Positions 44,258-59,890 of a stretch of 64,000 bases of DNA are shown here, piece by piece. Below the pieces are notes generated by a model. It had not been told where the DNA came from and did not search any database. It saw only the letters and a list, made by a program, of their open reading frames with translations. How positions within the stretch are numbered: the stretch's first letter is position 1; every line of letters starts with the position of its first letter. Location of the stretch: NCBI RefSeq assembly GCF_013315695.1, contig NZ_CP054353.1, one strand, 5' to 3'. This DNA comes from Escherichia coli (GTDB taxonomy: Bacteria; Pseudomonadota; Gammaproteobacteria; Enterobacterales; Enterobacteriaceae). Made by a program: the position numbers and the translations under genes.

Positions 44258-44405
44258 ACTAAAGGGACAGCTTTCATCCGGTTGGCTCACATTGCCGGAT
44301 GGTCAATGTTTACACTGACCTGCACAGGAGTGTTTCGGTTTCAGGTGAACATAAGCGCCATCCGACGTTTCAGCGTGAGTCTCCGGCAAATACAGGAGGT
44401 TTACA

Positions 44406-45410
44406 ATGAAACGCGCGTCTTTGCTTACACTCACGCTTATCGGCGCTTTTAGCGCCATCCAGGCTGCCTGGGCGGTTGATTATCCGCTACCACCAACCGG
44501 AAGCCGACTGGTTGGGCAAAATCAAACGTATACGGTGCAAGAAGGGGATAAAAACCTTCAGGCCATCGCCCGACGTTTTGATACTGCGGCAATGTTGATC
44601 CTTGAAGCCAATAACACTATCGCCCCGGTGCCAAAACCTGGTACGACGATAACTATTCCTTCGCAACTGTTATTACCTGATGCGCCGCGTCAGGGGATTA
44701 TCGTTAACCTGGCAGAGCTGCGCCTTTATTATTATCCGCCGGGAGAAAATATCGTGCAGGTCTATCCGATAGGTATTGGTTTGCAGGGGCTGGAAACGCC
44801 AGTGATGGAAACGCGTGTGGGGCAGAAAATCCCTAACCCAACCTGGACGCCTACGGCGGGCATTCGTCAGCGTTCGTTGGAGCGTGGCATTAAATTACCG
44901 CCAGTCGTTCCTGCCGGGCCCAATAACCCACTAGGACGTTACGCACTGCGCCTCGCGCATGGTAATGGCGAATACCTCATTCATGGCACCAGTGCGCCGG
45001 ACAGCGTCGGTTTGCGCGTCAGTTCGGGCTGTATTCGCATGAATGCGCCGGATATTAAAGCCTTATTCTCCAGCGTGCGGACGGGAACGCCGGTGAAAGT
45101 GATCAACGAACCGGTGAAATATTCCGTGGAACCGAACGGGATGCGTTATGTTGAAGTGCATCGACCACTATCAGCAGAAGAACAGCAGAACGTTCAGACA
45201 ATGCCATACACGCTGCCAGCAGGCTTTACGCAATTTAAAGACAATAAGGCTGTAGATCAGAAGTTAGTCGATAAAGCGTTGTATCGTCGGGCAGGGTATC
45301 CGGTTGCGGTGAGCAGTGGAGCAACTCCCGCAGCCAGCAATACGCCTTCAGTAGAGTCAGCGCAGAATGGTGAACCAGAGCAAGGGAATATGTTACGCGC
45401 GACGCAGTAG
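44406..45410 (+). CDS. ldtE: L,D-transpeptidase (YkuD domain)
   Basis: 334 aa; signal peptide, LysM-like region, catalytic motif [20 protein letters not shown]. Confidence 0.9.
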   Translation: MKRASLLTLTLIGAFSAIQAAWAVDYPLPPTGSRLVGQNQTYTVQEGDKNLQAIARRFDTAAMLILEANNTIAPVPKPGTTITIPSQLLLPDAPRQGIIVNLAELRLYYYPPGENIVQVYPIGIGLQGLETPVMETRVGQKIPNPTWTPTAGIRQRSLERGIKLPPVVPAGPNNPLGRYALRLAHGNGEYLIHGTSAPDSVGLRVSSGCIRMNAPDIKALFSSVRTGTPVKVINEPVKYSVEPNGMRYVEVHRPLSAEEQQNVQTMPYTLPAGFTQFKDNKAVDQKLVDKALYRRAGYPVAVSSGATPAASNTPSVESAQNGEPEQGNMLRATQ

Positions 45411-45425
45411 CGGTAAATGGCAGGC

Positions 45426-45457
45426 AAAAAAAATGGCGCACAATGTGCGCCATTTTT
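45426..45457. terminator. Bidirectional terminator between ldtE and lpp
   Basis: Palindrome AAATGGCGCACAATGTGCGCCATTT flanked by an A-run and a T-run. Confidence 0.7.
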
Positions 45458-45473
45458 CACTTCACAGGTACTA

Positions 45474-45722
<249 letters not shown>

Positions 45723-45963
45723 CTAGATTGAGTTAATCTCCATGTAGCGTTACAAGTATTACACAAAGTTTTTTATGTTGAGAATATTTTTTTGATGGGA
45801 AGGCACTTATTTTTGATCGTTCGCTCAAAGAAGCATCGAACGCTGGGTTTTAGATAAAAAAAATGAGAGAAAACAGGATGCTTCCATCGGATTCATCTTA
45901 GATAAAGTGAGATTATATAGTGAAATCCGATTTGATTTTTTATTGCTTCTGGTTATCGATTAA

Positions 45964-45989
45964 ATAAAAAAAGCGCCCATCAGGGCGCT
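45964..45989 (-). terminator. pykF terminator
   Basis: AGCGCCC-ATCA-GGGCGCT hairpin; the A-run on the + strand gives a U-tract on the pykF transcript. Confidence 0.6.
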
Positions 45990-46020
45990 TCGATATACAA
46001 ATTAATTCACAAAAGCAATA

Positions 46021-47433
46021 TTACAGGACGTGAACAGATGCGGTGTTAGTAGTGCCGCTCGGTACCAGTGCACCAGAAACCATAACTACGACGTCGCCTT
46101 TGTGTGCCAGACCGCTCTGCAGAGCCAGTTCTTTACCCAGACGGTAGAAATCATCAGTAGAAGTGATCTCTTTAACCAGCTGCGGCACAACGCCTTTGCT
46201 CAGTACCAACTGATGAGCCGTTTTTTCGTTGGTGGTCAGTGCCAGGATGGTGGCATCCGGGAAGTATTTACGTACTGCGCGAGCAGATTTACCGCCCTGG
46301 GTAGCAACCACGATCAGCGGAGCATCCAGTTTTTCAGCAGTTTCAACGGCACCACGGCATACCGCTTCGGTAATGCGCAGTTTACGGTTGTCATTGTTGA
46401 ACTCGAGACGGCTGTTCATCACGCGGTCGGTACGTTCGCAGATGGTCGCCATGATAGAAACCGCTTCCAGCGGGTATTTACCTTTTGCGGATTCACCAGA
46501 CAGCATCACTGCGTCAGTACCGTCGAGGATGGCGTTTGCAACGTCACCGGCTTCTGCGCGAGTCGGGCGTGGGTTTTTGATCATGGAATCCAGCATCTGG
46601 GTCGCAGTGATAACGACTTTACGTGCACGGATACATTTTTCGATCATCATCTTCTGGGCGAAGATAACTTCTTCTACCGGGATTTCTACACCCAGGTCGC
46701 CACGCGCAACCATGATGCCGTCAGAGGCTTCGAGGATTTCGTCGAAGTTGTTGAGGCCTTCCTGGTTTTCGATTTTGGAGATGATGTGGATGTTTTCGCC
46801 GCCGTGCGCTTTCAGGTGCTCACGGATTTCGATAACGTCAGAACGCTTACGAATAAAGGAAGCAGCAACAAAGTCTACGCCTTGTTCGCAACCAAAGATC
46901 AGGTCCTGTTTGTCTTTTTCAGCCAGTGCTGGCAAGGCAATGGAAACGCCAGGCAGGTTCACACCTTTGTTTTCACCCAGGTCGCCGTTGTTCAGCACTT
47001 TACAGATAACTTTGTTACCTTCAATGGCGGTAACTTCCATACCGATGAGACCATCGTCAACCAGTACGGTGTTGCCAACAGACAGGTCAGTTGTGAAACC
47101 TTCATACGTTACCGCAACCATTTCGCTGTTGCCGATAACAGATTTATCAGTAGTGAAAGTAAAGGTCTGACCCGCTTTCAGAGAAACGTCGTTACCGCCT
47201 TCCAGTTTCATGGTGCGGATTTCCGGACCTTTGGTATCAAGCAGGATAGCGGCGGTTTTACCAGTTTTGCTCATCACGTTGCGCAGATTCTGAATGCGCT
47301 GACCGTGTTCTGCATAGTCACCATGAGAGAAGTTCAGACGCATAACGTTCATGCCAGCGTCCAGCATTTTAGCTAACATCTCTTCAGATTCGGTTTTCGG
47401 TCCGATGGTGCAAACAATTTTGGTCTTTTTCAT
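46021..47433 (-). CDS. pykF: Pyruvate kinase I
   Basis: 470 aa from [20 protein letters not shown]...; the 542-aa form in the track is an upstream extension. Confidence 0.97.
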
Positions 47434-47989
47434 GACAGTCTTAGTCTTTAAGTTGAGAAGGATGGGAGAAACTTGCTTTCTGGGCGCACTGCCGGAAAGC
47501 GAATCCGGTATTACGAAAGTGGTGGTGCCTCGCTCTAAGGATAGGTGACATCGAAAAAGCGTGCAGAGGAATGTGTGCTTGTGTCTCAGCCCAACGTGAG
47601 TGCCTGTTTTTGAGTCGTTGAGTTCTACAGTCCAAAGTGCTGAAACCATTCAAGAGTCAATTGGCGCGCATTATACGCTGAAATTAATCCAAAAGGAAAA
47701 CAAAAACAGCGTTTCAAAAAATATACAACTTGTTAGACAATAAATTGTTATCAAAGATTTAACGTTCCAGGGAAAAGGTTACGCAAAAACTTCGCTGTTT
47801 GCGCAACGTCTGGTGCCGGGGTTGTCACTGTGAGGATAAGTGAAAGTTCATCCGGTGTATAAATATATCATCGCTCAATTGCTACAGTTAAAATAATTTA
47901 TCGCGTTATTTGTCTGATTTTGTTTGATTTTTGTCTAATTGGTTAGATTGATATATGCTGATAGTTGGCATGATAAATAGGTATAAAGA

Positions 47990-48199
47990 ATGGGAAATCG
48001 GACAAAAGAGGATGAACTGTACCGAGAAATGTGCAGAGTTGTCGGTAAAGTTGTGCTGGAAATGCGCGATCTGGGGCAGGAACCAAAGCATATTGTTATC
48101 GCAGGCGTATTACGTACAGCATTAGCCAATAAACGCATTCAGCGCAGTGAGCTGGAAAAGCAGGCGATGGAAACCGTCATTAACGCACTGGTAAAATGA
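47990..48199 (+). CDS. fumD: Small protein YdhZ (fumarase D)
   Basis: 69 aa MGNRTKEDELYREMCRVVGKVVLEMRDLGQEPKH... Confidence 0.8.
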   Translation: MGNRTKEDELYREMCRVVGKVVLEMRDLGQEPKHIVIAGVLRTALANKRIQRSELEKQAMETVINALVK

Positions 48200-48439
48200 C
48201 CATTCAGGATGAGGCGATAAGCTTCATCCTGATATTCTTGCTTCAGTTGCGGTCGAGTTAATCATTCTAAATAACAACTGCTGAAATTATACGAATTTCG
48301 ATATGTGTTTTAATTTATAACGATAATATTATTTTTGTTTTCTGCAATGACCGTCACAAATAATTGTCGCTTAAGTTAAATTTATTTCAAATGATAATAA
48401 ATATCAGTTCACTTATAATTTCTTGCTTTGTGATTTTAA

Positions 48440-48453
48440 TTGATAACGATCAA
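48440..48453. promoter_or_regulatory. Putative FNR site upstream of ydhY
   Basis: TTGATAACGATCAA, perfect TTGAT-N4-ATCAA, about 200 bp upstream of the ydhY ATG. Confidence 0.45.
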
Positions 48454-48654
48454 TGTTAAGGGCTCAGAATAATCACATTATTTTTTCTCCTAACCATAAA
48501 GGATTAGTTTATCGGCGTTAAATCTTTTCTCATACACTATCAGGTTAGGGAAAATATCTGGTGTTGAGGACAGAGTCAGCAGCGTATTAGTTGAATGCTT
48601 AATATCAATCTGCTGAATTGTCAGCACTGTGTTTGCGAAGAGGATGCGAAATAA

Positions 48655-51404
<2,750 letters not shown>

Positions 51405-51407
51405 GGA

Positions 51408-52055
51408 ATGGGTGAGATGAACCATCAGGATGAATTGCCGTTAGCGGAAGTCAGCGAAATTGACGAGGCGAAGCGGCAATGGTTGCAGGGGATGCGTCAC
51501 CCCGTTGATACGGTAACCGAACCAGAACCTGCTGAAATCCTGGCAGAGTTCATTCGCCAGCATTCTGCGGCTGGGCAGCTGGTGGCGCGCGCCGTGTTTC
51601 TCTCGCCGCCCTATTCGGTTGCAGAAGAGGAACTGTCAGTTTTACTGGAAAACATTAAGCAGAACGGAGACTACGCGGATATCGCGTGTATGACGGGAAG
51701 CCAGGATGATTACTATTACTCAACGCAGGCCATGAGTGAAAACTACGCGGCGATGTCTTTGCAAGTTGTGGAGCAGGACATTTGTCGCGCTATTGCACAC
51801 GCCGTTCGTTTTGAGTGCCAGACGTATCCTCGTCCTTACAAAGTCGCCATGCTGATGCAAGCGCCATATTACTTCCAGGAAGCGCAGATTGAAGCCGCGA
51901 TCGCCGCGATGGATGTTGCACCTGAATATGCCGATATACGGCAGGTGGAGTCATCGACGGCGGTGTTGTACTTGTTTAGCGAGCGATTTATGACCTATGG
52001 CAAGGCGTATGGCTTATGCGAATGGTTCGAGGTAGAGCAGTTTCAGAACCCCTGA
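51408..52055 (+). CDS. ydhW: Uncharacterised protein YdhW
   Basis: 215 aa; synteny. Confidence 0.85.
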   Translation: MGEMNHQDELPLAEVSEIDEAKRQWLQGMRHPVDTVTEPEPAEILAEFIRQHSAAGQLVARAVFLSPPYSVAEEELSVLLENIKQNGDYADIACMTGSQDDYYYSTQAMSENYAAMSLQVVEQDICRAIAHAVRFECQTYPRPYKVAMLMQAPYYFQEAQIEAAIAAMDVAPEYADIRQVESSTAVLYLFSERFMTYGKAYGLCEWFEVEQFQNP

Positions 52056-52118
52056 AATTTCAGGGAGATGTCATGGATAGGGTGGACAGTTGCAGCCACT
52101 GCATTAGGGGATAATCAG

Positions 52119-52787
52119 ATGTCCTTCACTCGACGCAAATTTGTTCTGGGGATGGGAACAGTAATCTTTTTTACTGGTTCTGCGTCTTCTCTGTTAGCGA
52201 ACACGAGGCAAGAAAAGAAAGCTCGGTATGCCATGATTCATGACGAGTCACGGTGCAATGGCTGTAATATTTGCGCCCGCGCATGCTGTAAAACCAATCA
52301 CGTCCCCGCTCAGGGAAGCCGTTTATCGATAGCACACATTCCAGTCACCGATAACGACAACGAAACGCAGTATCACTTTTTTCGCCAGTCATGTCAGCAC
52401 TGCGAAGATGCTCCGTGCATCGACGTTTGTCCGACAGCGGCATCGTGGCGTGATGAGCAGGGGATCGTACGGGTAGAAAAATCGCAGTGCATCGGGTGCA
52501 GTTATTGCATTGGCGCTTGTCCTTACCAGGTTCGCTACCTTAACCCTGTCACTAAAGTGGCAGATAAATGTGATTTCTGCGCTGAGTCCCGACTGGCAAA
52601 AGGCTTTCCGCCCATTTGCGTCAGCGCCTGCCCGGAACACGCCTTGATCTTTGGTCGCGAAGATAGCCCAGAAATTCAGGCGTGGTTGCAGGAAAATAAA
52701 TACTATCAATATCAGCTACCTGGTGCCGGGAAACCGCACCTGTATCGCCGGTTCGGTCAACATTTGATTAAAAAGGAAAATGTATGA
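52119..52787 (+). CDS. ydhX: Tat-signal 4Fe-4S ferredoxin-like protein
   Basis: 222 aa from MSFTRRKFVLGMG... (twin-arginine motif), Cys clusters. Confidence 0.85.
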   Translation: MSFTRRKFVLGMGTVIFFTGSASSLLANTRQEKKARYAMIHDESRCNGCNICARACCKTNHVPAQGSRLSIAHIPVTDNDNETQYHFFRQSCQHCEDAPCIDVCPTAASWRDEQGIVRVEKSQCIGCSYCIGACPYQVRYLNPVTKVADKCDFCAESRLAKGFPPICVSACPEHALIFGREDSPEIQAWLQENKYYQYQLPGAGKPHLYRRFGQHLIKKENV

Positions 52788-53569
52788 ACCCGTCGCAACA
52801 TGCTGAACAGTTTCAGAGCCAGTTGGCGAACTATGTGCCACAGTTCACTCCCCAATTTTGGCCGGTGTGGTTGATCATTGCCGGACTATTGCTGGTAGGG
52901 ATGTGGTTGGTGCTGGGGCTGCATGCCTTGCTTCGTGCTCGTGGCGTGAAGAAATCAGCCACCGATCATGGTGAGAAGATTTATCTTTACAGCAAAGCGG
53001 TCAGATTATGGCACTGGTCGAATGCGTTACTCTTTGTATTGTTGCTGGCAAGTGGGCTGATAAATCACTTTGCGCTGGTGGGCGCAACTGCGGTTAAAAG
53101 TCTGGTTGCGGTGCATGAAGTTTGCGGATTTTTGTTACTGGCATGCTGGCTTGGCTTTGTTCTGATCAATGCCGTTGGGGGTAATGGTCACCACTATCGC
53201 ATTCGTCGTCAGGGGTGGCTGGAGCGAGCGGCAAAACAAACGCGATTCTATTTGTTTGGCATTATGCAGGGGGAAGAACATCCTTTCCCGGCAACAACCC
53301 AGTCTAAATTTAATCCCTTACAGCAGGTTGCCTATCTTGGTGTCATGTATGGATTGCTGCCGTTGTTACTATTGACGGGGCTGCTGTGTCTCTATCCGCA
53401 AGCCGTGGGAGATGTGTTTCCTGGCGTAAGATACTGGTTATTGCAGGCGCATTTTGCTCTGGCATTTATAAGCCTCTTTTTTATCTTCGGTCATCTTTAT
53501 CTTTGCACCACGGGGCGTACGCCACACGAAACCTTTAAAAGCATGGTCGATGGCTATCACCGGCACTAA
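52784..53569 (+). CDS. ydhU: Cytochrome b-type membrane subunit (PhsC-like)
   Basis: 261 aa, hydrophobic, His-rich TM helices; start overlaps ydhX stop. Confidence 0.85.
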   Translation: MNPSQHAEQFQSQLANYVPQFTPQFWPVWLIIAGLLLVGMWLVLGLHALLRARGVKKSATDHGEKIYLYSKAVRLWHWSNALLFVLLLASGLINHFALVGATAVKSLVAVHEVCGFLLLACWLGFVLINAVGGNGHHYRIRRQGWLERAAKQTRFYLFGIMQGEEHPFPATTQSKFNPLQQVAYLGVMYGLLPLLLLTGLLCLYPQAVGDVFPGVRYWLLQAHFALAFISLFFIFGHLYLCTTGRTPHETFKSMVDGYHRH

Positions 53570-53572
53570 CGA

Positions 53573-54385
53573 ATGATCATTACACGAGCAGACCTGCGAG
53601 AATGGCGTATCGGAGCGGTGATGTATCGCTGGTTCCTGCGCCATTTCCCACGCGGCGGTAGTTATGCCGATATTCATCATGCACTGATTGAGGAAGGATA
53701 TACGGACTGGGCGGAGAGTCTGGTTGAGTATGCGTGGAAAAAATGGCTGGCGGATGAAAACTTCGCGCATCAGGAAGTTTCTTCTATGCAAAAACTGGCC
53801 ACAGATCCCGGAGAGAGACCATTTTGCAGTCAGTTTGCCCGCAGCGACGATCATGCTCGCATCGGCTGTTGTGAGGATAACGCCAGAATCGCAACCGCTG
53901 GGTATGCTGCACAAATTGCCAGTATGGGTTATAGCGTGCGGATTGGAAGTGTCGGCTTTAACAGTCACATTGGCAGCTCCGGTGAGCGTGCACGGGTTGC
54001 TGTAACCGGCAATTCTTCGCGGATAAGCAGCGCTGGAGATAGCAGTCGGATTGCGAATACCGGAATGCGAGTACGCGTTTGTACATTGGGTGAACGATGT
54101 CATGTCGCCAGTAATGGTGACCTGGTGCAAATCGCCAGCTTTGGCGCAAACGCCAGAATTGCCAACAGCGGCGACAATGTACACATCATTGCCAGCGGTG
54201 AAAATTCAACGGTAGTGAGCACGGGCGTGGTCGACTCAATTATTCTTGGGCCAGGAGGAAGCGCCGCACTGGCATATCATGACGGCGAAAGAGTTCGCTT
54301 CGCCGTCGCCATTGAAGGTGAAAACAATATTCGAGCCGGAGTCCGCTATCGTCTTAATGAACAGCATCAGTTTGTTGAGTGCTGA
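53573..54385 (+). CDS. ydhT: Uncharacterised protein YdhT
   Basis: 270 aa; synteny. Confidence 0.85.
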   Translation: MIITRADLREWRIGAVMYRWFLRHFPRGGSYADIHHALIEEGYTDWAESLVEYAWKKWLADENFAHQEVSSMQKLATDPGERPFCSQFARSDDHARIGCCEDNARIATAGYAAQIASMGYSVRIGSVGFNSHIGSSGERARVAVTGNSSRISSAGDSSRIANTGMRVRVCTLGERCHVASNGDLVQIASFGANARIANSGDNVHIIASGENSTVVSTGVVDSIILGPGGSAALAYHDGERVRFAVAIEGENNIRAGVRYRLNEQHQFVEC

Positions 54386-54390
54386 TAGCT

Positions 54391-56001
54391 TTACATTTGA
54401 TCAAACGAAAGACGCCTACGTGCACGGGAGGCAGGTTTTACGACAGCCCGAGCCATCGCCTCACCAATTTCTGCACATGCCGTAAGTCCCTGTACGAATG
54501 GCTGGTCGTGCATCAACCAGGGCAACGCGCCGAACGCTACGCGCCCACGAATTTCTTCGGGTTGCTGTAGCGTATAATCTTCGCCAACATCAGGGATTTC
54601 ATCCCCTGTTTTCTGTAATTGTTCGCGTAGTCCAGGGAAAGGAATATCTTTCACTTTAAGCGGACGCTGCCCGCGGGCATCAATAAAAACGTCAAACGAG
54701 TAGCTATTGTCTTCCGTTTTCAGGACGGTGCGCGACTCATTAATTTCCATTTCGTAGTCTTCACCGAGGGCGAGAATATGAATGATTCCCGCTTCACGTA
54801 AGGCCAGTAGTCGACGAATAGACTCTGAAGGGATTGCCGCATAATTATCGATGAAAACCCGGGCAAGGCCTTTACTGAACCGTTTATGGTCGTGTTCATT
54901 CAGATGAGGAACAATTTCCTGTACGGCTTCATGCAGGCGCAGAATGACATAACGCCAGGGAACAGTATGTTTTTCTCGTTTATTGCGTTCGACTTCCAGG
55001 AGATTTTTTTCTGCCCAGTCGAATGGGTCGCGTTGTTTGCGCTCGGCAAACCAGGCTTGAGCAAAGGAATCGACATTCAGGCTTTCTAAGGCTATGCGTT
55101 GGCTCCAGCCTGGATCAGCAAACTTGATTTCCTCTACTATCAATCTAAATACCCGATCCAAAAGGCCATATTCGCCTTTTTGAATCTCAGCATTTAATGC
55201 CTGATCAGTGACGATGTGTAAGGGCTCGTAGGGAATAGGGCAATAGAAATCGGCTTCGGGTAAAATACCTGTGCGCGACATTAACGTAATATTTAGCTTT
55301 TCACTTGCGTTATCGCGGTGAAAAACGACGTGTTGTTTATCATCTTCAATGAACGAACCATGCTGAATAGCCACTGCCATTGCCGCATCCAGTCCGCTCA
55401 AGGATGTTCCCATAATACCCACGTTACACGCATCGACCTTTGCTTCCATCAGGCCTGACCACGGGCTGGGAAAATACGTTCTGGTTGCTTCTTCTTCATC
55501 AGGCCAGACGTGACCCGTGGCGATCACCGCTAAATCAAACGTCTCGCTGGGTAAATCCTGATTTGTAGCGAGCATGACGCCAGCATTTGTAATTTGCAGA
55601 TCGGTAACCTGGCATGATTCATAAACAGCCACTGCAAATTTTTGCTGTCGTGCCTGGTCTACTAATCGTAAAAATTGATCGCGGAAATATTCGCCCAGCA
55701 GAATTCGCGGTAAAAACTGACGATCGTGCAAGGTTTCTTTTTTAACGCCATAACGTTGGAGATGGCTGGCTTCTTGCTTTTGTAGCCATTCGAGATACGT
55801 ACAATAAATCGGCGGTATTTCAATACTGGCAATATTTGCCAGCATCAGTTTTGAGTTTTCCTCATCACTGTATGGCATCCCGACACCGGCTTCATCAGCC
55901 TGCTCGAAGATAGAAATAGAAAGTGGAGTTTGTTGCTGTAGAAGCGAGAATAAGGTGTAGATCCCCGTAGGCCCGGCACCCACAATAGCAATTTTTTTCA
56001 T
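54391..56001 (-). CDS. ydhS: FAD/NAD(P)-binding protein YdhS
   Basis: 536 aa; N-terminal IAIVGAGPTG. Confidence 0.9.
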   Translation of the reverse strand: MKKIAIVGAGPTGIYTLFSLLQQQTPLSISIFEQADEAGVGMPYSDEENSKLMLANIASIEIPPIYCTYLEWLQKQEASHLQRYGVKKETLHDRQFLPRILLGEYFRDQFLRLVDQARQQKFAVAVYESCQVTDLQITNAGVMLATNQDLPSETFDLAVIATGHVWPDEEEATRTYFPSPWSGLMEAKVDACNVGIMGTSLSGLDAAMAVAIQHGSFIEDDKQHVVFHRDNASEKLNITLMSRTGILPEADFYCPIPYEPLHIVTDQALNAEIQKGEYGLLDRVFRLIVEEIKFADPGWSQRIALESLNVDSFAQAWFAERKQRDPFDWAEKNLLEVERNKREKHTVPWRYVILRLHEAVQEIVPHLNEHDHKRFSKGLARVFIDNYAAIPSESIRRLLALREAGIIHILALGEDYEMEINESRTVLKTEDNSYSFDVFIDARGQRPLKVKDIPFPGLREQLQKTGDEIPDVGEDYTLQQPEEIRGRVAFGALPWLMHDQPFVQGLTACAEIGEAMARAVVKPASRARRRLSFDQM

Positions 56002-56126
56002 TGTTACTTACCTGTACGCATTCTTTCGAATTTAGTGTTATCAGATAAGTTTGGTTGAGATTTTTAGAATTTGAGAAATTTCAGACAGGGATGAAAAGGG
56101 CGCTAACCGCCCTTGATTAAATTCTG

Positions 56127-56432
56127 TCAGGCGAGTTTTGCCTGATTGATTTGACTCAGTGGCTCATTGACATCGAAAACTTTGGCGACAACTTCCTCAA
56201 CGCCGAGATTTTTCAGTCGGGCAGTATGTTTTTCCAGATAGGCAAGGGCGCTTTTTTCATCAGTAAAAAGGTAGATCCCACCGGCTTCGTGGTTCTTTTC
56301 ACTTTCTGTCCATACCTTCCACAGAAAACCAGGTTCCTGATTAATCGACTCAGCAAGCGGTTTAAGCTGCTCAGCCATTGCGTCGCCAAATGGGCCATTG
56401 AAAGAAAAATGAAGTTGTAACAAAGTTGCCAT
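56127..56432 (-). CDS. ydhR: Putative monooxygenase-like small protein YdhR
   Basis: 101 aa. Confidence 0.85.
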   Translation of the reverse strand: MATLLQLHFSFNGPFGDAMAEQLKPLAESINQEPGFLWKVWTESEKNHEAGGIYLFTDEKSALAYLEKHTARLKNLGVEEVVAKVFDVNEPLSQINQAKLA

Positions 56433-56540
56433 AGCGATTCTCCTTCTGATAACGCATACGAAGACAGTGTAAATCTTTTAACGTATTGGATACAGAGAAG
56501 AAACAGAGGGAAAAAAGGAGAAGACCAGATTAAGAAAATC

Positions 56541-56617
56541 TGGTGCGTCCGAGTGGACTCGAACCACCGACCCCCACCATGTCAAGGTGGTGCTCTAACC
56601 AACTGAGCTACGGACGC
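56541..56617 (-). tRNA. valV: tRNA-Val (anticodon GAC)
   Basis: Reverse complement reads GCGTCCGTAGCTCAGTTGGTTAGAGCACCACCTTGACATGGTGGGGGTCGGTGGTTCGAGTCCACTCGGACGCACCA, a cloverleaf with CCA end. Confidence 0.9.
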
Positions 56618-56621
56618 AGGA

Positions 56622-56698
56622 TGGTGCGTTCAATTGGACTCGAACCAACGACCCCCACCATGTCAAGGTGGTGCTCTAACCAACTGAGCTATGAACGC
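56622..56698 (-). tRNA. valW: tRNA-Val (anticodon GAC)
   Basis: Reverse complement reads GCGTTCATAGCTCAGTTGGTTAGAGCACCACCTTGACATGGTGGGGGTCGTTGGTTCGAGTCCAATTGAACGCACCA. Confidence 0.9.
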
Positions 56699-57005
56699 AA
56701 CGTTGTAGGTGACAACGGGGACGAATATTAGCGGCAGAGTGGGAAGGTGGCAAGAGGCAAAACGTAATTTTCTGCGCTATTTCGACCGTTTGCAGAGCTT
56801 TTAAGCAAATTGGCTATATTTTGTTGATTTGCAAGGGCGATTTTTATTCAGGATCGCATTTACATCTGATACAACCCAATAATCCGTGTATCAGAGTTTA
56901 AACAGAGTTGTTTGCCACCATCTCAAATCTGTCGTGGATAAATCCTTCGTAGCCTTTACACTTAGGTAGCAATAAAGGCACACAGATGCAGCAAAGGAAT
57001 AAATC

Positions 57006-58262
57006 ATGGGATCTGATGCGAAAAACTTGATGAGCGACGGGAACGTGCAAATTGTTAAGACCGGCGAGGTCATTGGCGCGACGCAACTTACTGAAGGCGA
57101 GTTAATTGTTGAGGCTGGCGGAAGAGCCGAAAATACCGTGGTCACGGGGGCTGGCTGGTTGAAAGTGGCAACCGGTGGGATCGCCAAATGCACACAGTAC
57201 GGCAACAATGGCACGCTATCGGTCAGCGACGGTGCCATTGCCACAGATATTGTTCAGTCCGAGGGAGGCGCAATTAGTCTCTCTACGCTCGCTACGGTTA
57301 ATGGCCGCCATCCCGAAGGTGAATTCAGCGTTGATAAAGGTTATGCCTGCGGTTTGTTGCTGGAAAATGGCGGTAACCTGCGTGTACTGGAAGGCCATCG
57401 CGCGGAAAAAATTATTCTCGATCAAGAGGGTGGCCTGTTGGTCAATGGGACAACCTCAGCGGTCGTGGTAGATGAAGGTGGTGAATTGTTGGTGTATCCA
57501 GGTGGGGAAGCCAGCAATTGTGAGATTAATCAGGGCGGCGTTTTTATGCTGGCGGGGAAAGCCAATGATACGTTGCTTGCTGGTGGCACCATGAATAATC
57601 TCGGTGGTGAAGACTCTGACACTATTGTTGAGAATGGAGCCATCTATCGTCTGGGGACGGATGGTCTTCAGCTCTACAGTTCCGGTAAGACGCAAAACCT
57701 GTCCGTTAATGTGGGTGGTCGGGCTGAAGTGCATGCCGGTACGCTGGAAAATGCGGTAATACAAGGTGGGACAGTGATCCTGTTGTCACCCACCAGCGCG
57801 GACGAAAATTTTGTCGTAGAGGAAGATCGCGCACCGGTTGAACTGACCGGTAGTGTTGCATTACTGGACGGCGCTTCAATGATTATTGGCTATGGCGCAG
57901 ATCTGCAACAATCAACGATTACTGTACAGCAGGGCGGTGTATTGATTCTCGACGGCAGTACGGTAAAAGGTGACAGTGTCACTTTCAGTGTTGGTAACAT
58001 CAATCTCAATGGCGGAAAACTGTGGCTGATCACTGGTGCGGCAACGCATGTGCAACTGAAAGTGAAACGCCTGCGCGGAGAGGGTGCGATTTGCCTGCAA
58101 ACCAGTGCGAAAGAAATTTCACCTGACTTCATCAATGTGAAAGGGGAAGTTACTGGTGTTATACACGTTGAGATAACAGATGCCAGTCGGCAAACTCTGT
58201 GTAACGCACTGAAACTACAGCCAGACGAAGACGGGATTGGCGCAACGCTCCAGCCTGCGTAA
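57006..58262 (+). CDS. ydhQ: Autotransporter-adhesin-related repeat protein YdhQ
   Basis: 418 aa, Gly-rich repeats, no translocator domain. Confidence 0.9.
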   Translation: MGSDAKNLMSDGNVQIVKTGEVIGATQLTEGELIVEAGGRAENTVVTGAGWLKVATGGIAKCTQYGNNGTLSVSDGAIATDIVQSEGGAISLSTLATVNGRHPEGEFSVDKGYACGLLLENGGNLRVLEGHRAEKIILDQEGGLLVNGTTSAVVVDEGGELLVYPGGEASNCEINQGGVFMLAGKANDTLLAGGTMNNLGGEDSDTIVENGAIYRLGTDGLQLYSSGKTQNLSVNVGGRAEVHAGTLENAVIQGGTVILLSPTSADENFVVEEDRAPVELTGSVALLDGASMIIGYGADLQQSTITVQQGGVLILDGSTVKGDSVTFSVGNINLNGGKLWLITGAATHVQLKVKRLRGEGAICLQTSAKEISPDFINVKGEVTGVIHVEITDASRQTLCNALKLQPDEDGIGATLQPA

Positions 58263-58269
58263 AAACACA

Positions 58270-58302
58270 GGCGCAACCCGTGAAGGTTGCGCCTTGTCTT
58301 TA

Positions 58303-58304
<2 letters not shown>
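58270..58304. terminator. Terminator between ydhQ and mdtK
   Basis: GGCGCAACC-CGTGAA-GGTTGCGCC hairpin followed by TTGTCTTTATT. Confidence 0.6.
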
Positions 58305-59697
<1,393 letters not shown>

Positions 59698-59890
59698 TTA
59701 TATGAGAGACTAAAAAGCCGCCTGAATGGGCAGCAAAAAGAAGAAGCAGGGGAAATTCAGTCTATTGTAGCGAGGATTTATTAATTCTCCAGTGAAAAAA
59801 TAGCCATTCTTACCCCTTCACTGGTAAGGGCGTTTTCCACCTGCTATTGTGCTGAACAGAATGTCTTAACTGATTTCAGGAGTTGTAAGT

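Noticed and set aside
46030-47376. 448-aa ORF on the + strand
   Set aside because: It is antisense to pykF, which is a confident full-length match. The long open frame is a by-product of codon bias in a highly expressed gene.
53438-54184. 248-aa ORF on the - strand
   Set aside because: Antisense within ydhT; spurious.
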